This document shows, piece after piece, positions 51,111-60,355 of a DNA stretch of 64,000 bases. Under the pieces are notes generated by a model. The model ran no database searches and had not been told where the DNA came from. It saw nothing but the letters and a program-made list of their open reading frames with translations. The position numbers and the translations under genes are program-made. Where the stretch lies: the IMG/VR virus record IMGVR_UViG_3300030098_006179, positions 64,001-128,000 of that record; one strand, given 5' to 3'. The DNA is from a virus. Position 1 is the first letter of the stretch; every line of letters begins with the position of its first letter.

Positions 51111-52601
51111 TTATATAAAATCATCTCTTAGAACGTCACCCCCGGGCTTTCCGTTTCTTATTGGGTTTCCGTTAATACAATCTTTTCCATATCTGGATTT
51201 TTGCGTCACGTATTCGTGGGGATTGGTTGGACATTTGAATGTATAACCTTCTAGCTTTATTTCTTCCAACTCTTTGTCAAAAAATTTTTCGTCAACGGCT
51301 CTTTTATTTACTAGGTCTGGTACTCCGTGAGCATCACTCACCAAATTATCTTTTGCTGAAATATATTTATTGTCTTTTTTTGTATATTCTCTAAACTCTG
51401 TGGCTGTTAACTGCTTTGAAGCAAACATGTAATTTATTTCTTCTATTTCTTTTACATGTCTGTGTAAATTACCAGCATAAAAATCCATTGGATTAAAATT
51501 AGTCAAAAAGTTAATGCTGTGATTATTGGTTGATTTAGCATTGCCCTGAAAAATTCCTATGTCTGCATCATCGTCAAATAAAGGTATTCTACCGTTCCTA
51601 ACTGCTCCTAATAAGGTTCCGCAATCTATCCACCATTTTATTCCCTGTTTTGAAAGCTCGTCTGTTACTTCTTTTAGATGTTTGGCTAATTCTTTTCTAA
51701 AAAATCTAGACGTATATGCTGACCAAGAATTATAATAACAATCATATAATCTTTTGGGTGACTTTATTGGTTGTGAAAGTTGGCTTGAAACTAATTCTTT
51801 GAAAACATTTTTTCCAAAAACTCTTATAAGATAAGGTATTGGATTTTCTAAGCTGTAAGCTTTTACGGGTCCATAACTATAAATTTTTCTATCTCCCAAC
51901 TCTTCATCTGTAACATCTGGATCAAATGATATTTTTATATATACTTCTTCTGTTAGATGTATTTTATCATCTTTAAAATTAAAATATTGACTGTTGTTGA
52001 TTAGCTCCCTGATTGCTTGCTTATCTTTTAAAGGACAACCAATATGAATATAGTCAGAATATACAATATGATTTCTATTTCTGACTGCCCCCAAGCACGA
52101 ACTCTTTATAAGAAAATAGTTTATATTAGCGTTGTCTAAAATGTCATGGACTCCCGCCATTAATTCATAAAAGTGATAAATATTTTTATGATCATTATTT
52201 TCATACTCTTCTGGGCTGTATTCTAATATATAACATTCTTCTTCTTCTGTTATTTTCCATTCTGCTAATTCTGGAATGGTCAGTCCATCAATTTTATTTA
52301 CAAAAATTACATCTATATTATTATCTAATGATTCTTGTAGTTTCTTTTCTGTAAAATCTAAATTGTTATTATCTATAACTAATAAATCATAATTAAAATC
52401 ATGAGGATTAACTTCAACGTGAGGGTTAATTCCTAGCTGTTGTAGGTGGGGGTAAATTTTTTTATTTAATAAATTGTCAAACGTATTTGTTCCATCTAAT
52501 ACTGCTTGAAGTATTGGGGAAAAGTCTTCCGAAAAAATACCCACGTTTACGGAGTCTACTGAGTAATATTTTATTAAATTTAAAGTTTTATTCGAAGTCA
52601 T
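51111..52601 (-). CDS. LicD-family phosphotransferase with two LicD-like domains
   Basis: Degenerate SCLGAVRN...SDYIHIG followed by intact GTLLGAVRN..FDDDADIG. Confidence 0.8.
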   Translation of the reverse strand: MTSNKTLNLIKYYSVDSVNVGIFSEDFSPILQAVLDGTNTFDNLLNKKIYPHLQQLGINPHVEVNPHDFNYDLLVIDNNNLDFTEKKLQESLDNNIDVIFVNKIDGLTIPELAEWKITEEEECYILEYSPEEYENNDHKNIYHFYELMAGVHDILDNANINYFLIKSSCLGAVRNRNHIVYSDYIHIGCPLKDKQAIRELINNSQYFNFKDDKIHLTEEVYIKISFDPDVTDEELGDRKIYSYGPVKAYSLENPIPYLIRVFGKNVFKELVSSQLSQPIKSPKRLYDCYYNSWSAYTSRFFRKELAKHLKEVTDELSKQGIKWWIDCGTLLGAVRNGRIPLFDDDADIGIFQGNAKSTNNHSINFLTNFNPMDFYAGNLHRHVKEIEEINYMFASKQLTATEFREYTKKDNKYISAKDNLVSDAHGVPDLVNKRAVDEKFFDKELEEIKLEGYTFKCPTNPHEYVTQKSRYGKDCINGNPIRNGKPGGDVLRDDFI

Positions 52602-53367
52602 GACAAGAAGTTACTCCTCCCCTTTTTAAATTATTGTTTGGATAATATTTATCAACATCTAGGGTTTCTATTTCATAACCCAATTCCAAATAAACATTAG
52701 TAAAAGCTACTTCGCCTTCTAATTCAAAAGAGTTATAAAAAGATTTGTTTTCTGCTCCAGATTGTTCGTGTTTGCTGTGTGGTAGTTCTTTATTTGTTTC
52801 AAACACTTCGTTTAAATATTTTACATGAGTACAACCTATGCCTCCATGACAATGTTTTGGGGCGGGTGGATCAGATAATACCCCACCAATATCTTTTCCC
52901 AAACAACATATATATGCAACATTTTTATTTTCTTCTAATTGTTCAATTGCATGCTTAAAATACATAGGAACATTTAATTTCACATCGTCTTCTAAAAAAA
53001 ACCAATAATCATATTCATTTTTAAAGTTTTCAAAAGCAAAAGAAAAAGATTTGAAACTGCCTCCGGAACCGTTTCCATGATCCCTATTTAAAACTTTAAC
53101 TGAACCATTAACACCCTCTGAATTATGAATTGAAGATAAGAATTTTAAAGATTTTTTATCAGCGTCATAATCGGGTCGGCAATCGTGATTTGCTATGATT
53201 ATGTCCATTGGAACTCCGCTGTCTAATTTTTTTATATGACTAAGAGTTTGACCCATCCATTCTATGCAATCATCTAAAGTTTCAGAAAAGCGATGCGCTT
53301 CCGGATAATCAGAACGAAATCTTCTAGCTCCAAAATATGTTGATACAACTAAACAATTCTTACTCAT
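52588..53367 (-). CDS. Putative GT-A glycosyltransferase (paralogue of 45396-46223)
   Basis: MSKNC.V.ST.FG.RR, GGSFKSF, YDYWFFLEDD, HCHGG. Confidence 0.55.
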   Translation of the reverse strand: MSKNCLVVSTYFGARRFRSDYPEAHRFSETLDDCIEWMGQTLSHIKKLDSGVPMDIIIANHDCRPDYDADKKSLKFLSSIHNSEGVNGSVKVLNRDHGNGSGGSFKSFSFAFENFKNEYDYWFFLEDDVKLNVPMYFKHAIEQLEENKNVAYICCLGKDIGGVLSDPPAPKHCHGGIGCTHVKYLNEVFETNKELPHSKHEQSGAENKSFYNSFELEGEVAFTNVYLELGYEIETLDVDKYYPNNNLKRGGVTSCHDFE

Positions 53368-54268
53368 AATATTGTTTTGATTTTATTTTAAGGTTTTGTT
53401 TCGTATATTTATACTGACCAAATAGGGATTTTATTTCATTAAAATTATATATATCTCCGGGTGTTATGTCTATTAAATTTAACTTGTTTAAAATATGAGG
53501 TTTAGTTATAGATTGGTAAAAATTTAAATCTTTATAGACGGGTGTGTTTTTGTTTTCTGTATGATAATTATCATGCCCTCCGTATATTAACACCTTGGAT
53601 ATACTCATGTTTACTATAGAAAGAAAAAGGTTATTTATTTTTTTTGTTAAAAATTCCTTGTCTTCTTCTTCAAAATCGCTATACGTGTGGGGGTAATCAC
53701 CTTTTGAAGTATTAATTTGTAATGATAATATTATTTTACATTCTTTTTTTAGGTGAGAAATTCTGCATTTGTAGTCTTCAATATGATTTGTTATAGTAAA
53801 AGCGTCATTCTCTTCAAAGGTGACAGCTTTATTACAGTGAAAAATCAAAGCGTCTTCAGTCTCAATGGAAATTGTTCCATTGTTGTGCGTTCTGTATTTT
53901 ATATTTGAAACTTCTTCTTTATTATTTACTTCTATAAGATTTTCAAAACCTAAATTTTTTAATCTTGTATAAGGCCATCTAGATTGAACCTTGGGAATAA
54001 TTAAATTTATATTTTTCGGAAAAAGTTTTAAAAAAATATCATCGCAATGATCGTCGTTAAAGTTTGATATTAAAATATTAAAATTTTGATTATTATTTTC
54101 AGCTAATGATGCTAAATATGCTGGATGTATAAACGGAGGGGGAGACGGAAGCCATTTTCCAAAAGCTTCAGATTCGCCCCAAGGGTCAGTCAAAATTAAA
54201 CTTTCACCATCGTCTATTAACAATGATGTATGATTTATGTACTGTATTGATGTATTTTTAGTATTCAA
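53360..54268 (-). CDS. Metallo-beta-lactamase-fold protein (UlaG/CMAH-like) with degenerate metal motif
   Basis: IQYINHTSLLI..ILTDPW...AFGKW. SNFNDDH replaces SHxHxDH. Confidence 0.6.
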   Translation of the reverse strand: MNTKNTSIQYINHTSLLIDDGESLILTDPWGESEAFGKWLPSPPPFIHPAYLASLAENNNQNFNILISNFNDDHCDDIFLKLFPKNINLIIPKVQSRWPYTRLKNLGFENLIEVNNKEEVSNIKYRTHNNGTISIETEDALIFHCNKAVTFEENDAFTITNHIEDYKCRISHLKKECKIILSLQINTSKGDYPHTYSDFEEEDKEFLTKKINNLFLSIVNMSISKVLIYGGHDNYHTENKNTPVYKDLNFYQSITKPHILNKLNLIDITPGDIYNFNEIKSLFGQYKYTKQNLKIKSKQYYE

Positions 54269-54908
54269 CCCAAGTATTTATTGCACTATCGTGCCATAAT
54301 ATATCAGGTTTATCTATCAATGTAAAGTTTTTTTTGTCTTTTTCAAAGAAGGAGTAAATGTCATCTTCTAAAGAGGTATATGGATAACATAAGTCAGAAG
54401 TTTTTCTTTGTGATAAATATTTTTTAAAATCTGACATCTTAAATATAATTAATCCCGTCTTAAATTGTTTAATTTTATGACTTAGGAATGTGGTTTTCTT
54501 TTCTTTCGCAAATTGATCAAAAATTTTTGTTGATTTAAGTTTGAGTCGTGGTTCAAAATGAAAAACAAATTCATAATTTGAGGCTAAACTTTCCACTTCC
54601 ATCCAATTCTCTAAGATTCCCGCGCCCTTATTTAGTTTGCCATGTTCATTTTTTTGAGTAAAAATGATATTGACATTCGCCGGTATTTCATTTTTTATTC
54701 TTTTATCTAAATGAGATATATCTTTTAATGTATTATCTACAATATATACATCTTCATATCTATCGTAATAGTTTTTATAAAAATTAAAAAAAATTTTAAA
54801 ACCTTCTGAATATTGAAGTATTCTTTCCTCTCCCGTACAAACAGAGTTTGCATTATGAAAACTAGAAGCGTCAAAGCTGCAGCTTAAATTAAAAAAAACA
54901 TTACTCAA
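54258..54908 (-). CDS. Hypothetical glycan-related protein (paralogue of 43573-44301)
   Basis: Shared motifs as listed for 43573-44301. Confidence 0.55.
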   Translation of the reverse strand: MSNVFFNLSCSFDASSFHNANSVCTGEERILQYSEGFKIFFNFYKNYYDRYEDVYIVDNTLKDISHLDKRIKNEIPANVNIIFTQKNEHGKLNKGAGILENWMEVESLASNYEFVFHFEPRLKLKSTKIFDQFAKEKKTTFLSHKIKQFKTGLIIFKMSDFKKYLSQRKTSDLCYPYTSLEDDIYSFFEKDKKNFTLIDKPDILWHDSAINTWVEY

Positions 54909-55792
54909 GACAATAACCCTTGCAGTTTATTCTCCCAAATTTCTAAGCATGGCTTTGCTGATAAATTTTTAACAATGAATTCTCTTGGAGCGTAATCTTT
55001 TGACAAAAACAAATCCCAATCTTCTTTCCATCTGTCTGGATAAGTTCTTAGCCCGCAACTGTCATCAAAATAAGACGCGGCTGTAGCTGTTAGTGGATGT
55101 TCTGGAAGGTATGTTGACCAAAAACTATTCAACTCTTCCCTGCAGCTTTTTACATCTATAACAAATATTGGAGTGTCTGAACTTAGGGTTTCTTGAAAAG
55201 CAAAACCTTGGCTTTCATGTCTACCTATCCATATAGCGTAAGGGGCTTTTGATATAGCATCAGCAAAATCTGACTCTTGATATCTTTTTTCATAATCAAA
55301 AACTATAAAGTCGTCACCCAAATGTTCAAGAACATCATTCAGTCTTTGTCTGTCTACTTGCTTAAAATAAATTACCGGCTTACCGTCTTTCTTTTGTGGT
55401 TGAAATTGTTCTATGTTAACCGCAAAAGGTAAAGCTATAGCATTAAAGTTTTTATTGATGTCTGTAGCTAAATCACAATTCCAAGGTGATAAAAAATTAA
55501 ATAAAGTTTTTTTATTAAAAATTTTTGAGGCAAAATCTTCCGTTACTTCTGGAAACATTATGTGTGGCCCGTATATTACCCCTCCTTCATGACCTTTAAA
55601 GGATTTAAATTGACCCAAACTAATCACCCAATCGTACTTATTGTTGCTGTTATAGATGGGAATAGCGTCCCAGTGTTCTCCGTTTTTGTAGCACTGAAAA
55701 TCTACATCCATTCCTTCTTGGACCATTAAATCTAATCCAAGTTTGTTTTTGTTGTGAAACCAACCTTCAAAATAATACTTCATAATTACCAA
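54905..55792 (-). CDS. GT-B (GT4-like) glycosyltransferase
   Basis: PFAVNIEQFQP, HESQGFAFQETLSSDTP, YFDDSCG, YAPREFI. Confidence 0.6.
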   Translation of the reverse strand: MVIMKYYFEGWFHNKNKLGLDLMVQEGMDVDFQCYKNGEHWDAIPIYNSNNKYDWVISLGQFKSFKGHEGGVIYGPHIMFPEVTEDFASKIFNKKTLFNFLSPWNCDLATDINKNFNAIALPFAVNIEQFQPQKKDGKPVIYFKQVDRQRLNDVLEHLGDDFIVFDYEKRYQESDFADAISKAPYAIWIGRHESQGFAFQETLSSDTPIFVIDVKSCREELNSFWSTYLPEHPLTATAASYFDDSCGLRTYPDRWKEDWDLFLSKDYAPREFIVKNLSAKPCLEIWENKLQGLLS

Positions 55793-56898
55793 CCTTCTTC
55801 TATTGATCCTATAATATATTCTCTATCTTCTTCTGTTACCCACCACCCGTTAGGTATGCAAATCATTTCGTTGCATAATTTATCTAAATTTGGTAGAGAA
55901 CTTTTATACTGAGAAACGCATGAATGAATATCGTTTCTTTCATGAACTCTGCTAACCATTATTTCTTTTTCTTGCATGAGTTGCATAAAGCCATCTCTAT
56001 CTTCCACCTTGATTGTATGTATCCAAGATGCGGATTTTCTGTCGTTTTCTTTATTTAAAATTGTTATACCTTCTCTATTTTGTAATGCCTTGTCGTAGTA
56101 TATTGAGTTTTCTGTAAATTTATTTCCTCTTTCCAAGAATAATGGAAAATTATGTATGCCAATTGTGGCGTTTATATCATTCATGTGATACTTGTATCCC
56201 CACTCTGGGACATCTTCTTCACACCTAAAGTCTTTTTTGTTTGTGTTTCTGTCTATTCCATACCACCTGAGAACTTTTGCTCTTTCGTATAGTTCTTCAG
56301 AGGGGAGTAGCATAACTCCTCCATCTCCAGTGGTAAAATGTTTGATTGCTTGAAAACTGTAAACCGCAATGTTTCCGTGATTACCTAATTTCTTTCCTTT
56401 ATATTCGCTACCCATTGAGTGAGCACAGTCTTCTACAATAGGTATAAAATGACCAAAAAGGTCTTGAGCTTCTTTCTGTATGTTAGATAGCTCGTCTAAA
56501 TCTAAGGGGTATCCTCCCCAATGAACAACGCAAATAGCTTTAGTGTCTTTAGAAATTTTTCTTCTAAGATCGTCTAAATCCATATTACATGTGTTAGGGT
56601 CAACGTCTACCCATTTAATTTTTAAACCATTAGCTAGTATAGGCCAGTTTGTTGCGGTACATGTTAAAGCTGATGTTAAAACTTCGTCTCCCGGCTGCAG
56701 TCCGAGTAGTCTATAAGCCAGCGTAAGTCCAGATGTGGCAGAGTTTAATGTCGCACAGTATGGGTTATTAAAATAATTAGATAATAGAGATTCAAACTCC
56801 TCAACTTTTGGTCCTTGTCCTATAAAGCCAGATGTCATAACCTCTCCAAGAGGTTTTACAACGTCTTTACTCATTGAAACTTTAAATAAAGGAATCAT
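55786..56898 (-). CDS. DegT-family sugar aminotransferase (perosamine-synthase-like)
   Basis: GQGPKVEEFE, NSATSGL, EDCAH, SFQAIKH.TTGDGG, GYKYHMND. Confidence 0.92.
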   Translation of the reverse strand: MIPLFKVSMSKDVVKPLGEVMTSGFIGQGPKVEEFESLLSNYFNNPYCATLNSATSGLTLAYRLLGLQPGDEVLTSALTCTATNWPILANGLKIKWVDVDPNTCNMDLDDLRRKISKDTKAICVVHWGGYPLDLDELSNIQKEAQDLFGHFIPIVEDCAHSMGSEYKGKKLGNHGNIAVYSFQAIKHFTTGDGGVMLLPSEELYERAKVLRWYGIDRNTNKKDFRCEEDVPEWGYKYHMNDINATIGIHNFPLFLERGNKFTENSIYYDKALQNREGITILNKENDRKSASWIHTIKVEDRDGFMQLMQEKEIMVSRVHERNDIHSCVSQYKSSLPNLDKLCNEMICIPNGWWVTEEDREYIIGSIEEGW

Positions 56899-57025
56899 AA
56901 GTTCTTATTTTTTAATAATACATCTGTGCCACCGCTTTCATTACCCTGTTAGAGTACTCTGTATATATATAATGAATTTTGTCATTTGTCAATAAATATT
57001 CTCCCCCTTTGAACACTATAAATAA
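56895..57025 (-). pseudogene. Remnant of an FkbM-family methyltransferase
   Basis: Two frames give VFKGGEYLLTNDKIHYIYTEYSN and GNESGGTDVLLKNKNL*. The TGA overlaps the DegT ATG. Confidence 0.55.
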
Positions 57026-57712
57026 TTAAATATCTTCATTGTATTTATTTAGTAGGTCTCCTATGTCCCACTGTTTGGAATTAAATCTACTTTTCTCATA
57101 AACTCTATGGCACACTAATATTTCATCAAGATTATAAAAACTGCATTTCATGCTCATTAATTTTAACCACATGTCCATGTCTTCGTAGCCCGGATATTGC
57201 GCGTCCCACCCCCCGCTTTCAATAATTTTAGATTTTTTAATTATAGAAGTACTGTTTGCTATTTGGTTTTGACCTTTTTTTGTTAGCCTTTTTATAAATT
57301 CATTTGTTGTTTCTAATGTTGGTCCGGGTCCGTACTTTGTTGGAGTTTTGCCTTCTTCGTCTATATATAAAATTTGAGACCCAATAACATCATAATCCCC
57401 AATTAGCGGTAATTGTTTTTCTAGTTTATTTTCCATCCAGACATCATCATCGTCCTGTATTGCAACGTTTGAGTATTTAGATTCTTCTACTAAAAGGTTT
57501 AAAGTTTTTGAAACACCTAAAGGTTTTTCTCCGAAGTTAAAAATTTTAATTCTCGAGTCATTAAATGAAGAAAGAATATTTTGAGTGTTGTCTTTTGATC
57601 CGTTAATTCCAACTAGAAGTTCTAGATCTTTAATTGATTGATTTAAAACTGATTTTACAGATTCTTCTATAAATCTTTCTCCATTGTACGTTGGTAATAA
57701 TACAGATATCAT
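57026..57712 (-). CDS. GT2 glycosyltransferase
   Basis: ISVLLPTYNGE, QDDDDVW..KLEKQ, EDMDMW. Confidence 0.9.
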   Translation of the reverse strand: MISVLLPTYNGERFIEESVKSVLNQSIKDLELLVGINGSKDNTQNILSSFNDSRIKIFNFGEKPLGVSKTLNLLVEESKYSNVAIQDDDDVWMENKLEKQLPLIGDYDVIGSQILYIDEEGKTPTKYGPGPTLETTNEFIKRLTKKGQNQIANSTSIIKKSKIIESGGWDAQYPGYEDMDMWLKLMSMKCSFYNLDEILVCHRVYEKSRFNSKQWDIGDLLNKYNEDI

Positions 57713-58422
57713 AATACTTCACTTGCCCCTTCTCCATGATTACCAAAAGCTTGGTGATCTTTATCTATAGCAATAAGTTTAGGCTTGTGATTTCTTGGAT
57801 GGCTATAAGAATAACAATATCCACAGTCTAATACTTTAGTTGGGGGATTATCTAAAAACCATCTATTAAGATGGGATTCGTCATGCCACTTTGCTACGAT
57901 TTGATTTGCTCTATCAATATCAACATTTGTTGATATCATTTCAGACATTCTTAAAAACTCATTAGTTGATCCCCCATTAAACCCTCCAGCAAAATATAAG
58001 ACTTGCTCATTTGGGGCAATGTAAGCTAGGCTGTTTGGATTGGTTTCAACATTACCTCTTCCTCCATATATGCCGGGATGTACTGTGGCTACTCTATCGC
58101 TAAGTATTTCATTACCAACTTCATTTTCAAAAATCATGTCTGCATCGGTATAGAATAAATAATCCTGAGTTGTTAATAGTTCTTTATTTTGAAAAAACGT
58201 ATGATACCTCTCTAGAGTAATATATGGCCACTGCTTGTGCTCTTGGGGAACTTTAACAACGTTGTGTTCGGGAAATTCTTTTGCCGTATCAGTAAATAAA
58301 AAATAAGTTACATCACAGTCTTTAAGAAAGTATTGGTCAGCAGTTTCAAAAAGAGCTTTTAAAAAAGTGTCGTATTTTTGTGTGGCAATTATAAGTAAAC
58401 CAACTTTTATATTATTTTCCAT
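57709..58422 (-). CDS. GT6 (ABO-like) alpha-1,3-GalNAc/Gal transferase
   Basis: IATQKY, FTD, WPYITLERY, YTDADM, HPG, YFAGGFNGG, AKWHDESHLN. Confidence 0.9.
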   Translation of the reverse strand: MENNIKVGLLIIATQKYDTFLKALFETADQYFLKDCDVTYFLFTDTAKEFPEHNVVKVPQEHKQWPYITLERYHTFFQNKELLTTQDYLFYTDADMIFENEVGNEILSDRVATVHPGIYGGRGNVETNPNSLAYIAPNEQVLYFAGGFNGGSTNEFLRMSEMISTNVDIDRANQIVAKWHDESHLNRWFLDNPPTKVLDCGYCYSYSHPRNHKPKLIAIDKDHQAFGNHGEGASEVL

Positions 58423-59252
58423 GACGCGGGTATCCTGTGTTCTAAATAGTTTTCTTTGTCTTGGTAGGTTTGCTCAACTCTTTCTCTTGAAAACCAGTTA
58501 CTTGGGGCTACGATTTTTTTATTGTTGTTTTTATTTAAATATGCTGCCCACCAACTGAAAGAAGAGTTTGCTATAATGTTATTTTTGCAGAAAGACATTA
58601 AAAATAATTCTAATATATCCTCTTTTATATATTTTTTTGAGTTGGCTTCCCTTTTGTTTTCGTTTAAAGTGACCACTTCTTCTTTGTTGTGTTCTCTGAA
58701 CTCAATATATTTACAATTGTAATCTTTAAAATTTTCTTTGCACCAATCTATGTCGTCAGAAAACACATAGTATTCTTCATTCTTTCCAATGTAATCTATA
58801 GCTCTGGAGTAGTATTGCATGTTTTGTACTGGATGATAGTTCTCTAACAAAAGATAATCTCCTCTTCTTACATGGATAGAGTTTGAATGATTTACGTTGG
58901 GGTATTTATCATACAATTCTTTAATAAGCTTTGGTTTTAAATTAAAAAAACTTAAAATTTCATCTCTACAGTAATCAAAATATAGATGGGATTGAAAATA
59001 ACCATTTATGTTTATATTTATAGCTGGATTAATTATTCCCCTCATGTCTCTATAGTCAGACTTGCCTTCGTCTCCGGAAACTTGTGGAGTAATGACCATT
59101 TCTTGCAACGGTTTAGTAAAAAATGATTGGTATTCCCAGTGTGGAAAACAGGCCTTTATTCCACATTTTCTAGCTATACCCAAAGTGGAAGCAATTTGAA
59201 ACATTTGATTTCCAAGCCTACCTAATTTACCTAAATTGACAAAACTTAACAT
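58407..59252 (-). CDS. GT11 alpha-1,2-fucosyltransferase
   Basis: GRLGNQMFQ, GYFQS, IHVRRGDY, FSDDIDWC, IIANSSFSWWAAYL. Confidence 0.92.
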   Translation of the reverse strand: MLSFVNLGKLGRLGNQMFQIASTLGIARKCGIKACFPHWEYQSFFTKPLQEMVITPQVSGDEGKSDYRDMRGIINPAINININGYFQSHLYFDYCRDEILSFFNLKPKLIKELYDKYPNVNHSNSIHVRRGDYLLLENYHPVQNMQYYSRAIDYIGKNEEYYVFSDDIDWCKENFKDYNCKYIEFREHNKEEVVTLNENKREANSKKYIKEDILELFLMSFCKNNIIANSSFSWWAAYLNKNNNKKIVAPSNWFSRERVEQTYQDKENYLEHRIPASWKII

Positions 59253-60355
59253 AAATTATATCTACTTTCTAATTCTTCTTTGTTTAAGTTGAATTGATCA
59301 TAAAATGATAACTCTGGGTTTGAGGCATCAAAGTTGCTGGAGTTTTCGGCTAATAAGCCCACGCCAATAAACTTATATTGATTTTTGAATGATTCCATAT
59401 AATAATTCATTCCTTGTTCGTCGTTTTCTATTGGCAGTACTTTTACATTTTTTACATCTTCTATCATTTTAGATACAAGTTCTACATGTTTTGATGGAAT
59501 AATAACTTCACTATATTGTTCTGCAAAATATCTTATTAAAGCATTACAAGATTTAAAATCATTTTCTGATTGATGAGCAAACAAGAAGACTCTATTTGAT
59601 TCTTGGCTATAAGAGTAGACCTTATTTTTTCCAGTTTGAAAAGGAGATACTCTATCGCCAACGAATAATCCATATTTATTTTTAGATTCGTTTGGAAAAG
59701 GAATAGAGTGTTTCCATTTTATTTTTTCGTGAGATGAATGATCAACGCAGTCTTCTTCAAAAAGTTTGTATATAATTTGCTCTAAAAAATTTTGATCCTG
59801 ACTGTATTGCCATTCATAATTAAATTTTTTTGCGTATAAGTTTATTAAATTGGTTATTCCATAAAATTTTTTACATTTTAATCCCCACATTCCCCCCATT
59901 ACTATTTTAGAATGAGCTTCTGGGGAATCAAAGTCATGCATTGTGTGAAGCGATTCTTTTCTGTTTAACCAGTCTTCTACTGCACCTTTTTCTTTTTCTC
60001 CAACTATAGAATCTGAATCTCTACTAATCATAGTTTCAACCATTGGATCATCTATGGCAAAAAATCTCCAATACATAGGCCATATTTTCGACTCTAATAC
60101 TAAAACCTCACACCTCTCATCTGATAAGAGCGTATTTAAATTTTTTATATCTTTAGTACAGTAAAATCTGCAAGTCCATTCTGGATAAATTTCTACAGCT
60201 TCATCTATATTTGTTTCCGCGCCGTTTAAAAAAATGCTTCTATCTCCATATAACGAAAAAGAGATGATCTTTTTGTTTTCTTGTGGCTTTAGGGTGTGTT
60301 TTAATATTTTATATTCTTGATTTTTTGCACCCAATAGATGTTCAAAGCTATTCAT
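59246..60355 (-). CDS. Putative glycosyltransferase-like protein
   Basis: KIISFSLYG, YPEW.CR.Y, WRF, SRDSDS, MGGMWG, DQNFL..IY; a family seen in phage glycan clusters. Confidence 0.5.
   Translation of the reverse strand: MNSFEHLLGAKNQEYKILKHTLKPQENKKIISFSLYGDRSIFLNGAETNIDEAVEIYPEWTCRFYCTKDIKNLNTLLSDERCEVLVLESKIWPMYWRFFAIDDPMVETMISRDSDSIVGEKEKGAVEDWLNRKESLHTMHDFDSPEAHSKIVMGGMWGLKCKKFYGITNLINLYAKKFNYEWQYSQDQNFLEQIIYKLFEEDCVDHSSHEKIKWKHSIPFPNESKNKYGLFVGDRVSPFQTGKNKVYSYSQESNRVFLFAHQSENDFKSCNALIRYFAEQYSEVIIPSKHVELVSKMIEDVKNVKVLPIENDEQGMNYYMESFKNQYKFIGVGLLAENSSNFDASNPELSFYDQFNLNKEELESRYNLC

Noticed and set aside
56965-56995. TTGACA on the minus strand in the gap upstream of the DegT gene as a promoter
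   Set aside because: The 17-bp-spaced hexamer is TATATA, lacking the conserved last T; the sequence is better explained as a coding remnant.
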